DNA of 23,056 nt from Bdellovibrionia bacterium (GTDB lineage Bacteria > Bdellovibrionota > UBA1018). A model generated the notes under the pieces. It was not told the DNA's origin, searched no databases, and saw nothing but the letters and a program-made list of their open reading frames with translations. Below, one piece after another: positions 16,648 through 23,056 of the stretch; positions within the stretch are counted from its first letter, which is position 1, and the number at the start of each line of letters is the position of its first letter. The position numbers and the translations under genes are program-made. The stretch spans positions 1-23,056 of the forward strand of contig JBJMMA010000170.1 in the NCBI GenBank assembly GCA_045805065.1, given 5' to 3'.

Positions 16648-18371
16648 GTTTATCAATGAAACATCTGCGTCCTTTAGTGATGGGGCTTGTTCTGGCTCAA
16701 GTAGTCTCTTTCTCGGGTGCTCGTGCAGAAGAGCCGGCAACGTCTCATTGGACACTGGGTGCCCAGGCGGTCGTCTGCCACGAGGCTTCAGGAGATCGCA
16801 TTTTTCCGCTTTCTCGCCTGGGACATTACGAGCACGAATTTGAACCGATCTCCGGAGCAAATTGGCAGTCGGTGCTCGATGGGATTTTTTCTCGAGTCGC
16901 CAGACTCAATCCATCGCGGGCCAAAAGATTTCGCGAAAAATATGCTGAGCTGATGACAACCAGTCGCTTTCTCTCCGGTGTTTCACTCCAATATCAAGAT
17001 CAGCCGTGGCCTCCGGTCTCATTGCCTGGCGGGTGTGAAACTCGTTCCATCGCTGTTTTGCGGGCGGAAGCGATGCCTCTGCAGCCTCGCTTGATTGTTG
17101 ATAGTGATCTTTGGAACAAGCTCGATGATCAGAGTCGCGCGATCACATTCTTTGAGATCCTGTTCTCTGATGAGCTCTGGCATTATTCGGATCCTTACTC
17201 TCATCCGTCATATGAGAGCCCGATGACTTATATCGAGGCTCATTACAAAAAAGTGTGGAAGATTTCCACTCTGGTGACCTCTAAGGAAATGAGTCAACAA
17301 AGTCAGGACAGTTGGCTGAAGCTTCTGCAAGAAGTTTTTTATGGGGTTGATGGGGATTGGAACGGATGTCGTTTTCCGGTTGCTGATTATCTCCGCTTTC
17401 AAACATATTCTGATGCCTGGAGTACTACGTTCCTAGATGGTCCTTGTCCGGTCTTGATTCAGGGAAAGAAGGTCTCGGCAACAGAAGTAAAAGTGGACGC
17501 AGATGGACGGGTTGCAATGGCAGTTGTAGCGGATGCTGAATTATCGACTCGTTCAGGCAAGAAGGTCGCGGTTTCAGGATGGGCTTATTTTGATCAGGAT
17601 GGTTTTTTGACCACTGCGACTTTGAAAGGAATCCAGACTTTTACGTCAGGATCGGGCCAAGAGTTTGTCTGCCAGATCCATGCAAGTTTTGATTCAAAAA
17701 CGGGAGTACTCGAGGAGTGCGAAATAGCGCTGCCAATTAAAATAGAAACGCCCCACCAAAAGATCGAATTGAGTCCGGTCACATCTGACTACCAACCTTG
17801 TCAAAGTATGACCAGCTATTCCGTCAGTTTCTTACCCAATGGGGATTGGAATCCTCTCCATGGCGGCTCTTACGCTTGCCAGTATGTGGCGCGCGGAAAT
17901 TTTTTAATCAGCAATCAATGGGTGAGGGGAGAGCGCTTTGCTGGGGATGATTTCGCTCTGGCCAATTTCAAATTAGACCAAGACGTGAGCTACCAGGTGA
18001 AAGGGATCGATTTTGCCGCAAAGGCCGGCGAAAAAATCCCTGTCTATTTTGACGAAAAAGGTCACTTCTTTATGGGTGGCAAGATCTCACAGTCCATCAC
18101 CGTCGACACATCTGACGGAAAGCACACCTTGGGCACGGGCAAGTGTTTCCCGAATTTCTGGAAGACCTACGACAGCACCACGCTTTTCTATCCTGACGGC
18201 AAACTGGCCATGGGAGTGATTCCTGGCGACAGTCAGTTTTATATGCAGCCACATCTCTTCGAGGACGGTCGGGTCGTAGAACTTCATGGAACGGCGAGGG
18301 TTGTGTTGAACCGAGATGGAACTATTAGGGACTGGGACAAAAACCTCTGCAACGATCCGCCCCCTCACTAA
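16644..18371 (+). CDS. Secreted hypothetical protein, paralog of the upstream gene
   Basis: Signal peptide ending ARA; shares AVVC, RLNP.RAKR, GC....IA and LW..[ML]D...A motifs with the 15019 gene; ATGA overlap; repeated [FY]xxDG turns in the C-terminal half. Confidence 0.8.
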   Translation: MSLSMKHLRPLVMGLVLAQVVSFSGARAEEPATSHWTLGAQAVVCHEASGDRIFPLSRLGHYEHEFEPISGANWQSVLDGIFSRVARLNPSRAKRFREKYAELMTTSRFLSGVSLQYQDQPWPPVSLPGGCETRSIAVLRAEAMPLQPRLIVDSDLWNKLDDQSRAITFFEILFSDELWHYSDPYSHPSYESPMTYIEAHYKKVWKISTLVTSKEMSQQSQDSWLKLLQEVFYGVDGDWNGCRFPVADYLRFQTYSDAWSTTFLDGPCPVLIQGKKVSATEVKVDADGRVAMAVVADAELSTRSGKKVAVSGWAYFDQDGFLTTATLKGIQTFTSGSGQEFVCQIHASFDSKTGVLEECEIALPIKIETPHQKIELSPVTSDYQPCQSMTSYSVSFLPNGDWNPLHGGSYACQYVARGNFLISNQWVRGERFAGDDFALANFKLDQDVSYQVKGIDFAAKAGEKIPVYFDEKGHFFMGGKISQSITVDTSDGKHTLGTGKCFPNFWKTYDSTTLFYPDGKLAMGVIPGDSQFYMQPHLFEDGRVVELHGTARVVLNRDGTIRDWDKNLCNDPPPH

Positions 18372-18376
18372 AAAAC

Positions 18377-18522
18377 AGATCACCGAGCAATAAAAAAAGA
18401 ATCGGGAATCGAGTTAAAAGGCCTCGTTGTGACATCCTGTCACGTTCCTTTGGCCCATCCTGGGCGGGAACGACTCGGCTTTTAACTCGATTCCCGATTC
18501 TTTTTTTATTGCTCGGCGATCT
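18377..18522 (-). ncRNA. Two-GGA-loop structured repeat, copy B, on a 44-bp stem
   Basis: Arms 18377-18420 and 18479-18522 are complementary at 43/44; the exception is A.C on + and G-U on -. Core 18422-18478 on the minus strand has GCCCAGGAUGGGC and GUGACAGGAUGUCAC hairpins. Confidence 0.7.
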
Positions 18523-18664
18523 TTTTGCTTCTCGTTGAATCGGCTTCTGGTGCGACTTTATTTCCCGGCGCCGGGGACGCATTGAGCTCACGGTCGCCGT
18601 CGGAAGTCCCCACCAAGAGTTATCAGCATGGCACTGCGACAGCGTCAAAGACCGGAAAATCGAT

Positions 18665-18787
18665 CAAATCAAAACAAGCTGAGATTCAAACTAAAACCCG
18701 AGTCCTTCCAGCCAGGATGGCGACAGGAAGTGTGACAGGATGTCACAACGAGGGGTTTTAGTTTGAATCTCAGCTTGTTTTGATTTG
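18665..18787 (+). ncRNA. Two-GGA-loop structured repeat, copy C, on a perfect 35-bp stem
   Basis: Arms 18665-18699 and 18753-18787 are exact reverse complements. Core 18698-18753 has GCCAGGAUGGC and UGUGACAGGAUGUCACA hairpins. Confidence 0.7.
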
Positions 18788-18789
18788 CT

Positions 18790-19242
18790 TTATTTTCCGA
18801 GAAAATCTGGCGTGAAAGCATCGGGCATGATGTCGCCAAAGCGCTGCACTCGAACGTCACCCTGAAGATTCGCGGCGTAGAGCGGAATCTCTGGGCTTGC
18901 GAACTCAGCGATCACTTGGCGGCAAAAACCGCATGGGGGCCATGGATAAGCGGAGTCGGTGACGACTGCGACTTCGGCGACTTTGATTTTGCCGTTTTCG
19001 CTCACGGCTTTGAAGATCGCCGTGCGCTCAGCGCAGACGGTTCCGCCGTAAGAGGAGTTTTCGATGTTGCAGCCGGTGAAGATTTCGCCGTTTTTCAGAC
19101 GAATGGCAGCGCCTACTTTGTGTTTGCTGTAGGGGCTGTACGAGCGTTTACGAGCTGCAGTCGCGGCTTTAATCAGCTCGCGAACAGGAGCCGATTGCTC
19201 CCGAACTTTAGCAAGTCCTGAAGCTTTGCTCGTTTTCTTCAT
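18790..19242 (-). CDS. cdd: Cytidine deaminase (homotetrameric type)
   Basis: YSPYS..KVGAA, GCNIENSSYG.TVCAER.AI, PCGFCRQVI.EF zinc motifs. Confidence 0.95.
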   Translation of the reverse strand: MKKTSKASGLAKVREQSAPVRELIKAATAARKRSYSPYSKHKVGAAIRLKNGEIFTGCNIENSSYGGTVCAERTAIFKAVSENGKIKVAEVAVVTDSAYPWPPCGFCRQVIAEFASPEIPLYAANLQGDVRVQRFGDIMPDAFTPDFLGK

Positions 19243-20102
19243 TACTGAGCTCTCCCCTGGGCTTTCGAATTCATCGAAAGCTTTGGCACCGTTGATTCAA
19301 GAAGCTTCTTGAGCTTCTCAGCGCTGGCGCGCGAGTTATCAATGACTTCCTGATGGGTCAGCTTTTGAGGAGAGAGTCCTGCGCCAAGATTCGTGATGCA
19401 GCTTACGCCTGCAACGCGAACGCCCAGGTGGTTTGCAGCAATGCTCTCAGGAACGGTGGACATGCCGACAGCATCGGCGCCCAGAGTTCTCAGCATGCGA
19501 ATTTCAGCTGGGGTTTCGTACGTTGGGCCCAAGAGTCCGCCGTACACGCCTTGATGAACTTCAATTCCAAGCTCTTTTGCCGTTTGCTTGAAGGAGTCGA
19601 GGCAGACGCGGCTATAGGCTTCCGAAAGATCAGGAAAGCGTGGGCCAAGTTGCGCCAAGTTTGGACCCATGAGCGGGTTATCGCCCATGAGGTTCAGATG
19701 ATCTTCAATGAGCATCAGATCGCCTGGGCGGAAACGAGTGTTCACTCCGCCTGCAGCGTTGGTGAGGATGACCGTGTGAATTCCCAGTCCGCAAATCGTG
19801 CGAGTTGGGAAAACAACGTCCGTCATCGAGTAACCTTCGTAGCGATGAAAGCGGCCTTGAAGGAAAACAGTTGGGATGCCTTTGAACTTTCCAAGGATCA
19901 TCTTGCCAGCGTGGCCTTCAACGGAAGTTCCGTGGAAGTGCGGGATCTCGGTGTAGGAGATCGTTACGCTTTCGGTCAGGGATTCTGCGACCGAACCGAG
20001 TCCTGAACCCAGGATAATTCCGATTTCAGGGCGAATGGTGGTGCGACTCTGGATGGCTTCAACGGCTTCGCGGATCTTTTGGTAGATGGTCGATTCGGAC
20101 AT
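19242..20102 (-). CDS. punA: Purine nucleoside phosphorylase (trimeric PNP-I/XapA type)
   Basis: IILGSGLG, VEGHAG, QGRFH.YEG, TNAAGG, GPTYETPAE, DAVGMSTVPE, SCITN. Confidence 0.93.
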   Translation of the reverse strand: MSESTIYQKIREAVEAIQSRTTIRPEIGIILGSGLGSVAESLTESVTISYTEIPHFHGTSVEGHAGKMILGKFKGIPTVFLQGRFHRYEGYSMTDVVFPTRTICGLGIHTVILTNAAGGVNTRFRPGDLMLIEDHLNLMGDNPLMGPNLAQLGPRFPDLSEAYSRVCLDSFKQTAKELGIEVHQGVYGGLLGPTYETPAEIRMLRTLGADAVGMSTVPESIAANHLGVRVAGVSCITNLGAGLSPQKLTHQEVIDNSRASAEKLKKLLESTVPKLSMNSKAQGRAQ

Positions 20103-20178
20103 AGAAGTTCTTTATATCACAGGAATTTATGAATGGAAGCCCGTGTCAATCGGGGCGAACTTTATAAGTCCCGTCATA

Positions 20179-20218
20179 CTCATCGAGCCTAATCGAGTCT
20201 AATCGGGCCTAATCGAGT
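20179..20218. repeat. About 4 imperfect 10-bp tandem repeats duplicating the pdp 3' end
   Basis: catcgagcct aatcgagtct aatcgggcct aatcgagt; the rightmost unit corresponds to the final pdp codons. Confidence 0.8.
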
Positions 20219-21540
20219 TGATCCACGATGAGCTTTGGTACTGCTTTTCGGGTCGAACTGATTTCAATGGCTTCATGGAAGCGCTCTTCAAGTGCTTGAA
20301 GCGACTGAGGATCTGAGTAATGAACGGTCACAAGAGCGTCGCCGGCCTGGACCTTGGCGCCCAGCTTTTTGTGGAAAACGAGGCCCACGCCAAAATCGAT
20401 CGAGTCCGATGCTTTTCTGCGGCCTCCGCCCAGATCGACCAAAATCCAGCCCAAGGCCTGGGTGTCCATCCAGTTGAGGTAGCCACGCTTTTTAGCGTTC
20501 CAGGTCGTGGTGTATTTGGCCTTGGGAAGCTTCTCAGGGTGAATGACCTGATTGACGTCGCCGCCCTGGCCTTTGACCATTTCTTTGAAGATCTTCCAAG
20601 CCGAGCCATCCGCCAGGCGCGCGTGCGCAAGTTTGCGGCCTTCGGTGACGCTCTTTACGGCGCCTCCGACTTGAAGCATGTGAGCGCAAAGCTGGATCGT
20701 GAGTTCTTTAAGATCAGCGGATGAGTTTTCTGCGCTCTTGCCGTTTTGAAGAATCTCGATGCACTCTTTCACTTCGAGCGCATTTCCTGCGGCATAGCCC
20801 AGAGGCTGGCTCATATCGGTGAGAAGAGCGCGGCAGGGGAGATCCATTTTCTTGGCGACTTGAATGAGCGTGCGAGCAAGCTTTCTGGCTTGCTCGCGGT
20901 TTTTCATGAAAGCGCCGTTTCCGACTTTCACGTCCATGACGAGAGCGTCGGTGCCTTCAGCAAGTTTCTTGGAGAGAATGGAGGCGACGATGAGTGGAAT
21001 GCATTCCACCGTTCCCGTCACGTCACGGAGCGCGTAAAGCTTTTTATCAGCAGGAGCAATCTGCTCGCTTTGTCCGATGATTGCGCAACCAATGTCGCCC
21101 ACAAGCTTTTCGTAAGTCTCTTTGGGAGGACGAACGTTGTAGCCAGAAATGGCTTCAAGCTTATCGAGTGTTCCGCCGCTATGGCCAAGCCCACGGCCTG
21201 CCATCATCGGAACTTTCAGTCCGCAAGCGGCAACCAGAGGCGCCAAAATCAGCGAAACCTTATCGCCTACGCCGCCGGTGGAGTGCTTATCGACTTTGGT
21301 TCCAGGGATCTTGGAGAGATCATAGCGAAAGCCACTCTCAAGCATCGCGCGAGTGAGTGACACCGTCTCATCAAAGGACATGCTTCGAAAGTACGTCGCC
21401 ATGAGAAACGCGGTTGCCTGATAGTCGGGAATTTCGCCCGCAGTGATTCCTGCGATAAATTCGCGGATCTCCTGATCAGTAAGTTCTTTGCCGTCGCGCT
21501 TGCGCGAAATCGTGATTGCCGGATTTTGAGAAACGATCAT
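20209..21540 (-). CDS. pdp: Pyrimidine-nucleoside/thymidine phosphorylase
   Basis: KRDG, DKHSTGGVGDK, GRGLGHSGGTLDKLE, APADKKLYALRDVT, SILSKK. Confidence 0.95.
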   Translation of the reverse strand: MIVSQNPAITISRKRDGKELTDQEIREFIAGITAGEIPDYQATAFLMATYFRSMSFDETVSLTRAMLESGFRYDLSKIPGTKVDKHSTGGVGDKVSLILAPLVAACGLKVPMMAGRGLGHSGGTLDKLEAISGYNVRPPKETYEKLVGDIGCAIIGQSEQIAPADKKLYALRDVTGTVECIPLIVASILSKKLAEGTDALVMDVKVGNGAFMKNREQARKLARTLIQVAKKMDLPCRALLTDMSQPLGYAAGNALEVKECIEILQNGKSAENSSADLKELTIQLCAHMLQVGGAVKSVTEGRKLAHARLADGSAWKIFKEMVKGQGGDVNQVIHPEKLPKAKYTTTWNAKKRGYLNWMDTQALGWILVDLGGGRRKASDSIDFGVGLVFHKKLGAKVQAGDALVTVHYSDPQSLQALEERFHEAIEISSTRKAVPKLIVDQLD

Positions 21541-22787
21541 TGTGCTTGAGCCAAACCAAGTTCTTTGAGGAAGGACGTGCCTGCGAGGCCGTGAGCGCCT
21601 TGCGGAGCCTGGCCAAGAAGAGCGTGAACCGTCGTTGCGCCGATATCCGCAAAAGAAGTACGGATGCCAAGATCGACTGGGCCCGTGCCTTTTTGAGCAG
21701 GGGAGTAAGCCAAGATTGGAATGTACTCGCGCGTGTGATCGGTGCCAGGGAAAGTTGGATCGTTTCCATGGTCAGCCGAGATCAAAACGAGGTCGCGTGG
21801 CGTGAGATGCTTTTTGATCTCAGGGATGGCGCGATCAAATTCTTCCATCGCCATGGCAAAGCCTTCGACATCACGGCGATGGCCGTAGAGCATGTCAAAG
21901 TCGATGAGATTGCAGAAAATCAGGCCATTTTTACGAGTTTGAAGCTGTTCAATGAGAACGCGAATGCCATCGGTGTTGCCTTTGGTGTCGATGTTCTCAG
22001 AGATACCCTGGCCGGCGTAGATGTTGGAGATTTTGCCGATTCCAAGAGTGCTCACGCCTTCGAGACGAAGTTGATCCAAGAAAGTCGCCGATGGCGGAAG
22101 TTGTGCGTAGTCCTTCCGGTTGTAAGTGCGCTTGAATGGAATTCCCTTCGCCTTGTCACCAATGAAAGGGCGTGCGATCACGCGGCCAATCTTGAGCTCA
22201 TCGCAGATCTCGCGCGCGGATTTGCAGATTTTGAGCAGGCGATCGAGTCCGAATGATTCTTCGTGGGCTGCGACTTGCCAGACGCTGTCAGCGCTGGTGT
22301 AAAGAATCGGCTTGCCCGTACGCATATGTTCTTCGCCGAGCTCTTCGATGATTTCCGTTCCACTTGCGGACTTGTTTCCAAGAACGCCTGGAAGATTGTT
22401 CTCACGGCACCAGCGATCAATCACGTCTTGTGGGAAGCCATCTGGGAAAGTTGCAAAGGCAGTGTTGATCACCAAGCCTGCCATTTCCCAGTGTCCGGAC
22501 GTTGTGTCTTTTCCGCGGGATTTCTCCACGGCTCTACCAAAAGCACCTTCTCCTTTTTGAGCCGGAGAGACGCCTTCCATCTGAGTGATGTTTCCGATTC
22601 CCCAAGATGCTAGGTTTGGAAGCTGCAAAGTTTTACCGGTCTTTTGGCGGTACACGCGAGCCAAATTCCCCAGCGTGTTTGAGCCGGTGTCTCCGTAGGA
22701 TTTTGCATCCGGGAGCTCGCCTGCGCCGACGCCGTCGAGGACGATTAAAATAACACGATCAATAGGGGACTTGGTTTGAGTTGCCAT
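21537..22787 (-). CDS. deoB: Phosphopentomutase
   Basis: LDGVGAGELPDA..YGD.GSNTL, GKDTTSGHWE, YTSADSV.Q.AAHE, RVIARPF, DFDMLYGHRRD, ADHGNDPT..GTDHTRE. Confidence 0.96.
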   Translation of the reverse strand: MATQTKSPIDRVILIVLDGVGAGELPDAKSYGDTGSNTLGNLARVYRQKTGKTLQLPNLASWGIGNITQMEGVSPAQKGEGAFGRAVEKSRGKDTTSGHWEMAGLVINTAFATFPDGFPQDVIDRWCRENNLPGVLGNKSASGTEIIEELGEEHMRTGKPILYTSADSVWQVAAHEESFGLDRLLKICKSAREICDELKIGRVIARPFIGDKAKGIPFKRTYNRKDYAQLPPSATFLDQLRLEGVSTLGIGKISNIYAGQGISENIDTKGNTDGIRVLIEQLQTRKNGLIFCNLIDFDMLYGHRRDVEGFAMAMEEFDRAIPEIKKHLTPRDLVLISADHGNDPTFPGTDHTREYIPILAYSPAQKGTGPVDLGIRTSFADIGATTVHALLGQAPQGAHGLAGTSFLKELGLAQAQ

Positions 22788-22795
22788 AAATTCTT

Positions 22796-23056
22796 TTAGT
22801 ATCCGCTTGGGGATTGAGGGGGTGCTTGGTTCGAGCTTGTCGAAACAATCGCCGGGCCCGAAGAAGTACCGATGCGGTTAGCGCCTGCGGCAATCATCTT
22901 GAGCGCGTCTTCGCGGGTTCTGACTCCGCCCGAAGCTTTCACGCCTACACTAGGCCCAACCACGGCGCGCATCAAGCGGATATCTTCAACCGTTGCACCA
23001 CCGCCGCCGAAACCCGTCGACGTTTTTACAAATGCTGCACCTGCTTCTACGGAGAG
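22796..23056 (-). CDS. deoC: Deoxyribose-phosphate aldolase, C-terminal part (5' end outside the window)
   Basis: Not in the ORF track. Manual translation gives ...[12 protein letters not shown]...[10 protein letters not shown]...[11 protein letters not shown]...SGY*, containing the DERA KTSTG and KASGG lysines and the terminal Tyr. Confidence 0.95.
   Translation of the reverse strand, partial: LSVEAGAAFVKTSTGFGGGGATVEDIRLMRAVVGPSVGVKASGGVRTREDALKMIAAGANRIGTSSGPAIVSTSSNQAPPQSPSGY

Noticed and set aside
18377..18787. CRISPR array, retron msr-msd or tRNA interpretation of the repeats
   Set aside because: No regularly spaced direct repeats, no cas or reverse transcriptase gene in the window, and no cloverleaf or T-loop/CCA features.

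Overview
Bacterial chromosomal window, probably from a Bdellovibrionota-like organism. This is an inference from the TIGR02147-type HTH gene, the 'GGNGGD' secreted proteins and the AAAAGGT...ACCTTTT palindromes. Left to right: a receiver + multi-PAS/GAF histidine kinase pair (+); a minus-strand housekeeping run (rplU-rpmA-obgE-nadD-rsfS-rlmH-gpmI-pfkA) preceded by a nucleoside deaminase-like amidohydrolase; an accessory block at about 11.8-18.8 kb (DUF4287/SRPBCC-like gene, beta-helix lipoprotein, and a TIGR02147 regulator translationally coupled to two paralogous secreted proteins); and a minus-strand nucleoside salvage operon (deoC partial-deoB-pdp-punA-cdd). The most striking unexplained signal is non-coding. 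Three dispersed copies of a 56-57 nt core fold into a junction with two GGA-loop hairpins (CsrA/RsmA-site-like, TwoAYGGAY-like) closed by tandem G.A pairs. Each sits on a copy-specific inverted-repeat stem (43/44 bp, 35/35 bp, and one decayed). All lie between convergent genes, and one is enclosed by a perfect 32-bp inverted pair of REP-like palindromes that overlap both flanking stop codons.
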